Notes: a model not told the origin generated them from the letters alone. DNA of 64,000 nucleotides from an uncultured virus (IMG/VR IMGVR_UViG_3300033120_000711) (IMGVR_UViG_3300033120_000711); one strand, 5' to 3'; shown: positions 47,101-57,683, numbered from the stretch's first letter. Numbers and translations are program-made.

Positions 47101-48522
47101 CTATTTACATCCACCAAAAATTCTCTCTTCTGCCATCTTCACATACTCAGGATTTAAATCTATTCCTACAAAATTTCGGCCCAACTTTCTAGCTACTAAT
47201 CCAGTTGTTCCTGATCCCATAAATGGATCTAACACTAGCGCAGGAACCACTTCTTGACATCCACAATTGCAGGACGGCTCCCAACCAATAGTTTTGCTTT
47301 CCGCAGGAGATATCATGGTTCCACTTGATTGAGTCCTGCCAAATTCACCCATTTGAGACATTCTATCGGTCTTTCTAATTACCATTGGCTTCTTTTCAAC
47401 TTTTCTAACATAGGGCGCTCCACAATTAAGACAACAACCCCTTTCGGAGGTTGAAGCTTTTATGGGATTGAGGATAAGTTCTTGGGAGAAGGTAGCAAAA
47501 TGGGCGGCTTTGAAGGGTTTAGTTCCTATAGTCCAAACTGAACGGAGATTGCGTTTAGAGCTATCGGTGTTTCTAGGCTCTCCACCATGATGCATTTCTT
47601 TTGGTCTACCATCAATATCCCACGCACCTTTAGATGTGTAAGGTCTTCTTGGGTCTTTTGTTACCGAATCTTCCTTTACTGCTTCATTATCGTAAAAATA
47701 CCTTTTACTCTTTGTGAGCATAAATAAGTATTCATGACTCTTTGAAGGTCTATCTGCCACTGATTCGGGCATTGAGTTTCCTACATATAATCCAAGGCTC
47801 TCAATTAAAGCTTCTATTTTGTTCTGCTCAATTCCAATTTCTATGCCAGCATCATAAATTTGAGAAGTTAATTCTTTTTGCCCGCTCACTCCTTTTGCCC
47901 AGATAATATCAGACCTAAGCCACCAACCATCATCTCTTAAGGCGAATGCCACTTTCCAAGGGATTCCAATTAGGTCTTTGGGTTTGATATTTGGTAATTT
48001 GTAACTACTTGCTGGTCGATCTCTTCTATTATCCCATCCACCTCGAGGAAGATAGTCACAATTCTTTTCTCTCTGGTGAGATGGTGAATTATCTAATTCT
48101 GGTCTATGGCCCGAATTTCCCCATGAGCCAGCATAACTATCCCCTAGATTTAACCATAAAATACCGTCATCTCTTAAGGTCCGTTTAACTTCTCTAAAAA
48201 CCTCTACTAAATTAGTTACATATTCATCTGGAGTTGCTTCTAAACCAATTTGCTTATCAATTCTTTTTGCGCCACATAATTTACACGTAGAAGCATCGCA
48301 TCCAGGTCTAACTCCAGAGGCAATAGCTCCTTTAGCTTTATTATCTTGAACTTGATTCCCTACTACATGGTTACAATTAGAATCTCCTCCTTCCCATTTT
48401 TCAGTTCCATAAGATCGCAGGCCAAAATACGGCGGGCTCGTGATACAACAATGAAAGATTTTATCTGGAAAGGTTTTTAAAATATCTAAAGAATTTCCAC
48501 AATAAATTTTATTTATGCCCAA
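47101..48522 (-). CDS. DNA N6-adenine/N4-cytosine methyltransferase (beta class)
   Basis: TSPPY motif IV at N-terminus, HFATF, DPFMGSGTT motif I at C-terminus. Confidence 0.92.
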   Translation of the reverse strand: MGINKIYCGNSLDILKTFPDKIFHCCITSPPYFGLRSYGTEKWEGGDSNCNHVVGNQVQDNKAKGAIASGVRPGCDASTCKLCGAKRIDKQIGLEATPDEYVTNLVEVFREVKRTLRDDGILWLNLGDSYAGSWGNSGHRPELDNSPSHQREKNCDYLPRGGWDNRRDRPASSYKLPNIKPKDLIGIPWKVAFALRDDGWWLRSDIIWAKGVSGQKELTSQIYDAGIEIGIEQNKIEALIESLGLYVGNSMPESVADRPSKSHEYLFMLTKSKRYFYDNEAVKEDSVTKDPRRPYTSKGAWDIDGRPKEMHHGGEPRNTDSSKRNLRSVWTIGTKPFKAAHFATFSQELILNPIKASTSERGCCLNCGAPYVRKVEKKPMVIRKTDRMSQMGEFGRTQSSGTMISPAESKTIGWEPSCNCGCQEVVPALVLDPFMGSGTTGLVARKLGRNFVGIDLNPEYVKMAEERIFGGCK

Positions 48523-48527
48523 TAAAA

Positions 48528-48743
48528 TCACCTACGTTTTATATAATATATCGGCCCCAAAATCAATTGATCAAGAAAAATTCCTGCAATGCAGCACAAG
48601 GTGAACCCCGCAGTAATTTTGATCCAAGGAAGATTAAATAATAATATTTTATTAACCAAAAATCCAATAAAGAAAGTAACTACTATCAATAAAGTTAAAA
48701 AAGAAGATAAATTTTTCATATACGGAAAAGGAACCGAAGTCAT
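48528..48743 (-). CDS. Small membrane protein
   Basis: Two hydrophobic helices. Confidence 0.5.
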   Translation of the reverse strand: MTSVPFPYMKNLSSFLTLLIVVTFFIGFLVNKILLFNLPWIKITAGFTLCCIAGIFLDQLILGPIYYIKRR

Positions 48744-49264
48744 TATTTTCCCAACCCCATCCTCTTTGCTTTATTGTATACTGAAGATCTCGATTTATTT
48801 AGTTTCTTCTCAATTATGTTATCCGAGATAATTTTATAATTATCTCTTAGATATTCTTCTTCGTCAACAGACCACGTACCGCGACGTTCTCTAGGTATTG
48901 ACCTTTTTAATTTAAGAGAACTTGCCTTGGTCATGATATTTTCTTTTTTTCTTCCTAATTTAGAAATAAGATCTTTCCAGGAAGCGTAAGCATAATTTTC
49001 TTTTAGATAAATTATTTCTTCTTGACTATAGTGGTTAAGATACTTTAAATCACTTTTTTCTAGGTTTAATTCTTTAATTCTATTCTTTATTTGACCTTCC
49101 GATCTTCCCCACAATCTACTTTGCAGAGAGTCTCTTCTCGGATTTCTTCTAATTTGTATTTTACCATAAAACTCTTTTATAATAGAGTCTTCTTCGGTAG
49201 TAAATGGATTAGGCATAAAGTCCTCAATGACCATATCTGGTTTGTAAAATTCTTTCAAGGGCAA
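48743..49264 (-). CDS. Myb/SANT-like repeat DNA-binding protein
   Basis: Three (W/F/Y)(S/T).EE...L...Y...L.R....V..KA..L.L repeats. Confidence 0.65.
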   Translation of the reverse strand: MPLKEFYKPDMVIEDFMPNPFTTEEDSIIKEFYGKIQIRRNPRRDSLQSRLWGRSEGQIKNRIKELNLEKSDLKYLNHYSQEEIIYLKENYAYASWKDLISKLGRKKENIMTKASSLKLKRSIPRERRGTWSVDEEEYLRDNYKIISDNIIEKKLNKSRSSVYNKAKRMGLGK

Positions 49265-49384
49265 TAGCTATTCTTTCAAAAGACTCACAATTAGTCCTCA
49301 TTATACAACTTTTAAGTTTTGGAATGTAAGCTACACATTTTTCAAGCTTACATTCATCATTAATAATTGGGCAGAACAGGGAAC

Positions 49385-49771
49385 TCACCTCAGTTCCTCT
49401 ATTCTATCTAGATAATATCCTTTTATTTCTTCTGTAGATTCATTTAATGTTGTTTCAAGTATATCAGACAGTTCTTCAGGCGTTACTACCTGAACCAACA
49501 TATTTTTCCTGCCACAATCATTTGTAGTACAAGTTGTTCTAGACTTATTTCCAACATACCATTGAAGTCCCTCACACTTTGGACATTTAATAAGTCTTGC
49601 TTTAATGTCTTGCTCTGGTATTTCTTGGGGAACAACATTTGCTTTACATTTAGAGCATGTGGTAATCTTTGATCCTTTATACCAAGTCCTCCAAAACCAA
49701 GTTCCTTTACACTTTGGACATTGAACAAACTTTGGTTTGGGAAGTAAAATAGGATTATTTGGAATCATCAT
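49385..49771 (-). CDS. Double zinc-ribbon protein
   Basis: CPKC...W.Y.G....TC..C repeated twice. Confidence 0.65.
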   Translation of the reverse strand: MMIPNNPILLPKPKFVQCPKCKGTWFWRTWYKGSKITTCSKCKANVVPQEIPEQDIKARLIKCPKCEGLQWYVGNKSRTTCTTNDCGRKNMLVQVVTPEELSDILETTLNESTEEIKGYYLDRIEELR

Positions 49772-50629
49772 TTAATTCTACCCCTGTGGATACCAATATA
49801 ATTTTATCTTCTGAAATTAATAGATGCATGTTTTCTGGAATATCGGTCATATTCGATGTTTTAAAGAAAGACAATTTAGAAATCTTTTCTTTTTCGTCTT
49901 TTGTCAATCCTATTATTTCAGTTCCACGTTCATAAAATTGGAAAATTCTTCCTATAACAGAAAAATTCTGAGTTGATATACAAACAATAGTTCCTATTTC
50001 GAATGCCATTTTTCTATTCTCCTATTCCAGCAAAAGTATTAAGTTCCTGAGCAATCGCTTTTCGAGACTTATTCAAATCTCTCTTTCCAGATCCAACAAG
50101 TTCTAGGTATCCTTCAATGGAAACTATCTTCTTAGCAATGTCTTTATCTGACTCATTAGCGGTCATAGTCTGTGACACATCATAAAGCATCTGCGCAGTG
50201 TTTTTCAACTTTTCGGCACAAGCTTTAATATCATCAATAAATACTGGGTCTAACATAGTTACTCATCTTCAAATCCTAAATAATTTCTCCATCCTTCAGT
50301 TCCAAAAAAGTCCTTTTCATCTAATTTATCTAATGACCGAATAATTGACTTAAGATATCTCTTTACTGCAATTTCAGTCATGTCGTCTACAATATCTACA
50401 GATAACATTTTAATCGTAATTCCTTTTCTTGGTCTATTACATCCTGATAGGTGTTTCCTACTAGATCTGTGATAGGATCTATAGAAGCTATTCCTTCTTC
50501 TGCCGTTTCTAAAAGAGTCTTTTTATCCCATGAGAGAATCTTTTTTACTCTTCCATTTTCAAAACGAACTTTAAAAAGTGTCATTTTAATCATAAAAATG
50601 CCTCCAAAAAAAGATAATACGGAGATTTT

Positions 50630-51901
50630 TTACCAAGCTTCGTCAGAAGATTGGGTGGGTCCCTCGTTAATCTTAATTGGTTCCGCAGGCATTCCAGAGG
50701 TAATATCCTTTATTGCGTAGACTCTAATTCCAGGCATGTCTCTCTCTTTATTGATAAACACCTTTCCAATTACCTGAACGATTCCAGCAAGATTTCCTTT
50801 GGGATTTGTAACAGAATCAAATATAGATGCATCTCCAATGATATTAATTGAATTTGCACTCATATCCGAGATTGTGGTATATCCAATCTTTGTACCCTTT
50901 TCTGGATTCTGTTTAATTTCTACAATGGCATCTCCAAACATAGGTTGGAGCTTAACAAACTTGCCTGCGTATTCACGAATACCGTTTAGATCTGCAATAA
51001 TATCACAGGTCATTCTGTCATCTATTTCTATCTTTTCGTTGGAGGTATTAGGCTTACTATTAAGGTTCCAGTAGGGGCCGTTCTCTCTAATAACACCTTT
51101 ATAGGTTGCTCCGAAATCTATCTTAAAATCCATCCATTCATCAAATACCGTAGAAATGGTCTTGGCGGATGTAGTTCCATCCTTATTGAGAACGAGGATC
51201 TCCATTGATCGAGACATAAGGGGATTTGCGGAAATTTGCCCATCTTTATTCTTTTTATAAATTGCCTCTTTTTGAATCTTTCCGTTTTCGTCCTTTACAA
51301 CCTGTCCATCAGAATCTTTCACGTTTCTCATTACAGGCTTTGCGTCATAAGCTACGAGAACTCTAAACGGAACTCCCTGTGCTATTTCTGGAACTGTAAA
51401 AGTCCTTTCTGTGGTTCCGATGTCGTTTATTCCGTAGTTTGTGAACCCATCTCTTATGGACTTATTAAGCCTTCCTCTATAGAACCCTGGCCTAAAGGAC
51501 TTATTGTTCCAGTGAGTAGCTCGGATTCTTACACATCCATCTGTCTGTTGCTCGGCGTGGAACATGTCCTTGTTGTTTCCAACTGGAACGATAATATATA
51601 GATTTGAAAATGCTTTATTATTCTTGGTAAGCTTTGCGTCATCCTGAGATTCGAGGTAGAACAAAACCTCCACGTCTCCCTTAGATGCAGCCTTCTCACA
51701 AGAAATAACTTGATTAATTGCCATCTCCTCTACGGAAAGGATCTTTGCAACTCCTCCAATATTCAGGTTAAATGGCTTTGTTCCTGCATCTTGTAGGGTT
51801 TTAAGTTTTGCTACATACTTATCTTTAAAGACATCCTTTCCAAGTCCGGTTGCTTCCATTCCACGCTGAATAGCGCCATCCAAATCAAATTTCTCTGTCA
51901 T
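50630..51901 (-). CDS. Putative RPA/SSB-like OB-fold protein
   Basis: Beta-rich OB-like segments (TISD.S..I.I), acidic aromatic C-terminus SSDEAW, replication context. Confidence 0.45.
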   Translation of the reverse strand: MTEKFDLDGAIQRGMEATGLGKDVFKDKYVAKLKTLQDAGTKPFNLNIGGVAKILSVEEMAINQVISCEKAASKGDVEVLFYLESQDDAKLTKNNKAFSNLYIIVPVGNNKDMFHAEQQTDGCVRIRATHWNNKSFRPGFYRGRLNKSIRDGFTNYGINDIGTTERTFTVPEIAQGVPFRVLVAYDAKPVMRNVKDSDGQVVKDENGKIQKEAIYKKNKDGQISANPLMSRSMEILVLNKDGTTSAKTISTVFDEWMDFKIDFGATYKGVIRENGPYWNLNSKPNTSNEKIEIDDRMTCDIIADLNGIREYAGKFVKLQPMFGDAIVEIKQNPEKGTKIGYTTISDMSANSINIIGDASIFDSVTNPKGNLAGIVQVIGKVFINKERDMPGIRVYAIKDITSGMPAEPIKINEGPTQSSDEAW

Positions 51902-51952
51902 AAAAGGGAACTCCTCTTGATACTTAAGTAATAACCTAATAGAATAAATAGT

Positions 51953-52219
51953 TTACGGCCTACCACATAATCCTTCATAATTACCCCAACCGTTTTCGGG
52001 GTTAAACTGTTTATGCTTCTCGGGATTAGATAGCAGCTCATTTAGACCTGATGTTAACGGTTCGATCAACTCTTTTGCAGTCTTAATTCCGATTTCTTCA
52101 GGTCTCCAGATATACTTGTAAATTCCTGCTACGTTTGCTATCTGATTTAAATTATGTGTTATATTAGCTGAATATACAAGATCTCCTTCTATGGTTTCTA
52201 AATATACGTCTAGTGACAT
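51953..52219 (-). CDS. Conserved hypothetical phage protein
   Basis: MSLDV.L...NITHNL...W.PEE...NP.NGWG.Y motif. Confidence 0.6.
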   Translation of the reverse strand: MSLDVYLETIEGDLVYSANITHNLNQIANVAGIYKYIWRPEEIGIKTAKELIEPLTSGLNELLSNPEKHKQFNPENGWGNYEGLCGRP

Positions 52220-52229
52220 TTTTTTACTC

Positions 52230-52928
52230 CTACAAGTATTTCTCCAGTCCCTCATTATATATTTCTTCGTGGTCTCCTAAATATTGACCAGGTTTCTTAT
52301 CTGCTCTTACGTATTTTGCCATAAAATCAAGTCGTCCTTCTCTTTCAACTCTATAAACTGCTCCTTCCGCTAATTCTAAGGCTCCATGATGACCAAACTC
52401 TCCTATAAGTTTATCTACCTCTTGAATAGTTATGGGACCTCCCTCGTGAAGAAGATAGGGTCTTGGGAAGAAAGAAGGAACAATGGAATTAAAAACATCT
52501 AATGTTTTAGCTCCACCGGGGCCTAATAGGTCAAATGCTACAAAAGGTTCATGTTGAAGTTTGTATTTTGTTCCATGAGCCTGGGCCATCCATTCTCCAC
52601 ACAATCTTTGATTATTTTCCAAGAACTCGAATTCATTTTGATTTTTATAAAACCAATCAGAAAAGAGACGATGTTGTTTATATTTTGATGTATTTGCTTG
52701 CCATCCTTTACGGGTAACTGGTACTAAAATTTCATTAATTCGTGCTACCGCACAAGAGCTGCCATCTAATTTCTCTTGGATAATTATTTTATCGTTTTTG
52801 TCGCGCATCTTGCGAGTACAAATTTTATCCATTCCTTCATTCACAAAGAAGTCTCCTTTTTCGGCGTGAGACCCAAGTAGATGAGGAATTCTGTGATAAG
52901 CTTTGCGATCTAGGATTTTGGTTGGAAT
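52230..52928 (-). CDS. RNA ligase family nucleotidyltransferase, probable ATT start
   Basis: Y.RIPHL.GS, EKLDGS (motif I), GEW, FD, EG.V.R, AKYVR. Confidence 0.8.
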   Translation of the reverse strand: MPTKILDRKAYHRIPHLLGSHAEKGDFFVNEGMDKICTRKMRDKNDKIIIQEKLDGSSCAVARINEILVPVTRKGWQANTSKYKQHRLFSDWFYKNQNEFEFLENNQRLCGEWMAQAHGTKYKLQHEPFVAFDLLGPGGAKTLDVFNSIVPSFFPRPYLLHEGGPITIQEVDKLIGEFGHHGALELAEGAVYRVEREGRLDFMAKYVRADKKPGQYLGDHEEIYNEGLEKYL

Positions 52929-52932
52929 AGGA

Positions 52933-54018
52933 TCACCTCTTAAATTTTAAATCAAAATATTCTTTTGCGATTTCAGGATATTTAATTTCAAAATTCCTCA
53001 TTGTTCTATATGCAATATGTTTCTCGCCATGCGCCTTACAAAACTCTCTAAAAGACATTCTTTTGAAAAGTGCGGGCTGATTACACCATCTTGAGACATG
53101 AGTATATAATTTTTCAAATTTGCTTCCTTTAAAAGAATTATAGCGCATTATATAGGGTTCACATTTATAGTTAATTAATAATTTTATTCTAAGGAGCATG
53201 TTTTCTATATCTTTTAAATCTTGTGATTCATGGGCAACTAAAACATATAGTTTTGTATTTTTATTTGTAATTTGTTTCCACATTTGTAATTTAGATTCAA
53301 TTAAACTATAGTCTTTAATGTTATCAAAAGCAAATATAAAATCACCATCATACTTACATGAAGCTAATATTTGTGCGGTTTTCTCATTTAGTAGTCTTAG
53401 ATCTAATCCTTGTTTAAATTGAAACTTTTTCTTTGTTGAAATTAAACTTTGTAGAATATCTGTATAATTATGGTATCCAAGGAAATTATCATCTAATAGA
53501 CATATTAACTTTCTTTTTTGATCTATAAATTCGTTAATCGGAGAATGAAGCTCTACCTTATTATAATTTTTATTTACACAAAAATCACAATGTCTAAAAC
53601 ATCCTCGCGTAGTAAATCCTATTGAATAGTCAGTGTAATACTTTATTTTTTTTAAAGAAATTCCTGACTTAATTTGTTGTTCTATCCAATTATTATATAA
53701 TGAATAATCGGGAAAGGAATGCTCTATTTTTTGTTCAAGCGGCACGGCATTTTCTAAGAAGAATCCAGTTCCGCCATATTCTAAATTGTGAATTTTATTT
53801 AAATCTATAGGTATTTTAGCGTCGGTAAATGCGCTGGATAGAAAAATCTTATCATATTTTTCTAGATTATTATAATTTAAGAGTAAACCTGTATTATAAC
53901 CTCTTGTTTTATAATATGAACTAATTTTCATTAAAGCTAGATTAGGAAACCTATGATTTTTTCGGCCTAGAAGGTCAGCATCTATAAGTCCAATTCTCTT
54001 CGAAATAAAATCACCCAT
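52933..54018 (-). CDS. Radical SAM protein (phage type with N-terminal B12-binding-like domain)
   Basis: FPNLALMKIS, GGTG, TRGCFRHCDFC (CX3CX2C), LLDDN, QGLD.R. Confidence 0.8.
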   Translation of the reverse strand: MGDFISKRIGLIDADLLGRKNHRFPNLALMKISSYYKTRGYNTGLLLNYNNLEKYDKIFLSSAFTDAKIPIDLNKIHNLEYGGTGFFLENAVPLEQKIEHSFPDYSLYNNWIEQQIKSGISLKKIKYYTDYSIGFTTRGCFRHCDFCVNKNYNKVELHSPINEFIDQKRKLICLLDDNFLGYHNYTDILQSLISTKKKFQFKQGLDLRLLNEKTAQILASCKYDGDFIFAFDNIKDYSLIESKLQMWKQITNKNTKLYVLVAHESQDLKDIENMLLRIKLLINYKCEPYIMRYNSFKGSKFEKLYTHVSRWCNQPALFKRMSFREFCKAHGEKHIAYRTMRNFEIKYPEIAKEYFDLKFKR

Positions 54019-54061
54019 GTAGGGTTTAACGTTTATAGAATAAATAGTTATTGGTTAACTA

Positions 54062-54190
54062 AAATAGGGAGAGATCCCAAGGGGAGAATTATTGAGTCCG
54101 AGAGGAGCAGCGGACTCCGCGTCGGAAGAGAGGCAGAACGACGCGAGGGAAGGTAGCGAACGATGGATATAAAATATTCCCTTGGGACAA
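54062..54190 (-). ncRNA. Candidate structured ncRNA
   Basis: GC-rich intergenic element with a 9-bp closing stem and two 7-bp hairpins; own TATA-like box about 25 nt upstream. Confidence 0.55.
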
Positions 54191-54232
54191 ACTAATTCTA
54201 TTTTCTTAATAGTATAAATAGATTGCGCTTGT

Positions 54233-54634
54233 TTAAAGGGGATTCTCAGTGAAAATGTCATAATCTAGATCGCGACCCACGTTTTGAATTCGTCCAAATT
54301 CATCCCCGTAATACCATGCCTGTTTTCGAAGATCTGCTTTCTGCGCTTGTCGTCTTCTAGATCTTAATCTGTGATCTTTGCAATATTTACAGTGACCGCG
54401 ACATGTCTGACGATATGGGTGGTAATCGCTCCAGAATGGTTCCGATGGTTGAGGGTTATTTAAATTTATATGTCTTCTTTTATCTAAATCAAATATTTCT
54501 GATTTGGTAGTATATTTTTGATATTTTATAGGAAATCTTCCAGTTTCTGTAGTAATCCATCCCTTAAATCCGGGTCCGCCTTCAGTGGGCTTCTTGTTGT
54601 AAGCCCTTCGTGTCCTAGTCAATTTTTTCACCAA
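54233..54634 (-). CDS. Hypothetical basic protein
   Basis: 133-aa ORF with C.GHC..C. Confidence 0.5.
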   Translation of the reverse strand: MVKKLTRTRRAYNKKPTEGGPGFKGWITTETGRFPIKYQKYTTKSEIFDLDKRRHINLNNPQPSEPFWSDYHPYRQTCRGHCKYCKDHRLRSRRRQAQKADLRKQAWYYGDEFGRIQNVGRDLDYDIFTENPL

Positions 54635-54853
54635 ATCCCGTGTTCTATAAGTATTCTTTCAATTTCTTCCGATGTTTTACCTATTTTAATAAGAAGCTCT
54701 ATTACTTTTTGTGTATCTTTTTCCATCCTATCCATTTGACGGTAATAAGATTCAGGTGTTGATTTTTTTTATGCTTGCCAGAGCCGTCTTTATATCTTCT
54801 AATGGATTGACATCTTTTTCTTCTTCCCATTGGTTGTTGGGCATAATCATCAC

Positions 54854-55336
54854 CTATGAAAAATCCTCAAGATTATCAAGGTCTGGTTTGCCATCTTCAA
54901 ATACCAGCTTAATTTTCTTAAAATCTTTAAGACTCCCACATAAAAGATAATCTAAAATCGACTCTACACAATCTTTCAACATTTTCCAGCATTCAATTTC
55001 AGTTACTTCTCGATTGATGCTCATTCCTCGGCCCAGGTATTTATACCAGGAAACTTCTATATCTTTATATTTGAAATTAAATGGTTGAATTTTGTCCTCA
55101 TCCCAATTATAAGCATTAACTTCAAAAACTTTATTTGACCACTGCCATCCTGTATTTCTAAATGGGTTTTCTACTGAGATATCTTTATTATAAAAGAAGG
55201 ACTCAGCTAAGTACTCTAGGGCGGCTTCAACATAGGTTGGACATTCTAATTCTTGAGAAGGTTGTCCAAAACACATCTGTCCAAGTTCTGGTTCATATTC
55301 TGTCCTTTTATTAGACCCCTCGCGACATCTACCCAT
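54854..55336 (-). CDS. Conserved hypothetical phage protein
   Basis: Y.W......NF.Y....V.WYKYLGRGM..N motif. Confidence 0.55.
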   Translation of the reverse strand: MGRCREGSNKRTEYEPELGQMCFGQPSQELECPTYVEAALEYLAESFFYNKDISVENPFRNTGWQWSNKVFEVNAYNWDEDKIQPFNFKYKDIEVSWYKYLGRGMSINREVTEIECWKMLKDCVESILDYLLCGSLKDFKKIKLVFEDGKPDLDNLEDFS

Positions 55337-55360
55337 TCGTAATCCCTCATTACTCTTTAG

Positions 55361-56098
55361 TTAAACCGAGATGTACTTTGTGTAATTCGAATCAAATATC
55401 TCTATGATTCCATTTTCTATTGTAGCATATCTGAATCTTGTTTTATCAAATCCTATTTTACAATATGGATCAATCATATAGAAATCCTTTATTGGTCTAC
55501 ACCATACAGGAGGAGTATGACCTACTATTTGTATAATATTTGGATGAGGCTTAATCCCCTCTCCCGGACGATACCATAATACGTTATCACCAGACCAAAG
55601 GTCAATTAAAGGAGTTTTATTCAATTCATCTTTAATGAGTTCAATGTTGTTCTCTCCTTTAAAATACACCTCAGATAATCCTGCATGGGTAATTAATACA
55701 TTATCGTGAATTGCGGCGACTTTAAATTCTTTTTGGATTTCAAGAATCTTTTCCTGCTCATCAAAATTTACCATATTCTGAGGCCAGATCTGTTTATTAA
55801 GAATAATGGCTGCATCGTGATTACCAATTAACAATTCTGCACCATTCTTTTTTAATATATTTATACAATCTATTGCATTAAATCCAATATCCACCAGGTC
55901 TCCGGTAAAGATCAATCTGTCAACTTCCTTATCGTATTTAGAATGTCTAAGGACATTGGTAATGAGATGGGGTGATCCATGACAGTCAGATAAAACTATG
56001 CATCGTGACGAAGGAATCCTCCTTCCACAAAAATCTTCAACCATTCTCCTGTGATTTTCACGTTGATAAGGGGGTAAACCGTTTCTAATAATAATCAC
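55361..56098 (-). CDS. Calcineurin-like metallophosphoesterase
   Basis: SDCHG, GDLVD.G, GNHD, HAG, GHTP. Confidence 0.88.
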   Translation of the reverse strand: MIIIRNGLPPYQRENHRRMVEDFCGRRIPSSRCIVLSDCHGSPHLITNVLRHSKYDKEVDRLIFTGDLVDIGFNAIDCINILKKNGAELLIGNHDAAIILNKQIWPQNMVNFDEQEKILEIQKEFKVAAIHDNVLITHAGLSEVYFKGENNIELIKDELNKTPLIDLWSGDNVLWYRPGEGIKPHPNIIQIVGHTPPVWCRPIKDFYMIDPYCKIGFDKTRFRYATIENGIIEIFDSNYTKYISV

Positions 56099-56457
56099 TA
56101 CTCTAAATTTATATTTTTAATTTCCTCTTTTTTAAATCTTTCCCAAGATTCTTTTCTCTGCCTTAAGAATCTTTTAATTTGCCAGTATAAACACCCAGGA
56201 CAGGCGTTGAATTTATTGAGTCGGGAATGGTACATTTTCATATACTTTTCCAACTTTTATTATGTTTGCTTCCTTATCAAATAGAATATAGTCCTCTGGT
56301 ATTCCATCATTTAGAAAACTATGAACCGCTCCAGCGATAATAAATGATTTATCCTTTCTTGGTTGGGAAATCGTAAAATATAAATTTCCTGGACACGTTT
56401 TATGGAACTTTCTTCGAGCGGCCATCACGTTTTTACTTCTATAATATTTTTTCATTT

Positions 56458-56742
56458 TCAGTCCTCATAGAATTTCATAACTTCGTGTTCATATTTTTCT
56501 TCTATTTCTCTTTCTTTAGAGGGATTCTGTTCTCTCTTTATCCACATTTTTCTTAACATCGTATTTTTGATTTCGTCTCGTTCTAGATAATATTTAATAT
56601 CTATTTCTTGTAAATCTTTAATTAATTTTGGAAGCGATTTAAGATCTAGGGATATTCCACCGTCATCTCCAGAATCTATAATTATTTTTTCTCCTACATA
56701 TGGTCCATAGTTATGTATATAAACTTTAACATCTTCACTCAT
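56458..56742 (-). CDS. Hypothetical protein
   Basis: ORF with RBS. Confidence 0.5.
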   Translation of the reverse strand: MSEDVKVYIHNYGPYVGEKIIIDSGDDGGISLDLKSLPKLIKDLQEIDIKYYLERDEIKNTMLRKMWIKREQNPSKEREIEEKYEHEVMKFYED

Positions 56743-56764
56743 AAAATATCCATCCTTAAAAAAT

Positions 56765-57511
56765 TTAAAGAGGGTTCGGAACCCTCGTACTATATATCTT
56801 CTTTAGTGGTCTAATTTGTGGCTCATCCTTCTCGAACGCAAGTCTCAGATATATGGTCGTGGCTGGCTCATCATAATCAAGAGTTTCAACTTCATCGAAC
56901 TTCTGATTGCTTTCTCCAGATAGTCCAGTTCCTCCACCAATGAGATTCCTTGACGCACAAAGAGATCCTAAGTCCGTATTTGAAGAAACCGAAATCTCCG
57001 AGGTTGAAACATTACCATAAGAATTGCCGCTATATGTCATGGAATTCCAATCAGAAACCGCATAAGCGTAGACTCCCGGCATTCTCCAAGGCTTTTCTGG
57101 CTCTTTTGGAGTGTAAGGCCAAGGGTTAGCATCTGGAAGCGTAATTGTGTGGTTGATAGAATATTTTTTAGTTCCCGGTCTAAATATCGCCCGGATTAAT
57201 CCCATAGAGGAATTGTTTTCTATTTGTGCTTCTTTGGCCTCTTTAGAATCTATTCTATAGGCAGTAAATCTTTGGTTAGAATACTCTGGCCTTTCAAGAA
57301 CTATATTCTTCCCGGATTCAATTCTATAAGATCCACAAAATTCGTTATCAATGTAGACTTCTACATCGCAAGGTTTTCCGTGATTATTCTCTTTGTGATG
57401 ATTAGAGAGTCTTAATGAATATTGTTGTCCATGTCTCATTATGACATAATTCTCTGAAGTTTCGGAAAGACATTCAGGAACCCTTACTGAAAATCCATTT
57501 AGGCTTGCCAT
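56765..57511 (-). CDS. Uncharacterised beta-sandwich protein with low-complexity linker
   Basis: YSLRL.N...V.ID...G.I...F core and GTG.SG.S.Q.F C-terminal motif. Confidence 0.55.
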   Translation of the reverse strand: MASLNGFSVRVPECLSETSENYVIMRHGQQYSLRLSNHHKENNHGKPCDVEVYIDNEFCGSYRIESGKNIVLERPEYSNQRFTAYRIDSKEAKEAQIENNSSMGLIRAIFRPGTKKYSINHTITLPDANPWPYTPKEPEKPWRMPGVYAYAVSDWNSMTYSGNSYGNVSTSEISVSSNTDLGSLCASRNLIGGGTGLSGESNQKFDEVETLDYDEPATTIYLRLAFEKDEPQIRPLKKIYSTRVPNPL

Positions 57512-57549
57512 TTTATTTGTCTCCTTTACATCCTAAATTTAGGATGGGA

Positions 57550-57679
57550 TGCTGTATTCCCGATTCGAACGGGAGTCTATCGGAATGGTCCGACCGCCCT
57601 GCTTTCAGCCTAATATCCAAGTTCATCTGGTAGCTTTTCTTTTTACCGGCCTACTTGCATACCATTAGACCAATACAGC
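57550..57679 (-). ncRNA. tRNA-like RNA (130 nt) with no canonical anticodon arm
   Basis: Acceptor GCTGTAT/ATACAGC-A, perfect T-arm TCCCG-TTCGAAT-CGGGA, long structured middle section. Confidence 0.65.
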
Positions 57680-57683
57680 AAAA

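Noticed and set aside
54055..54261. 68-aa ORF over the GC-rich element
   Set aside because: Atypical composition; the region is better explained by RNA secondary structure with its own promoter.
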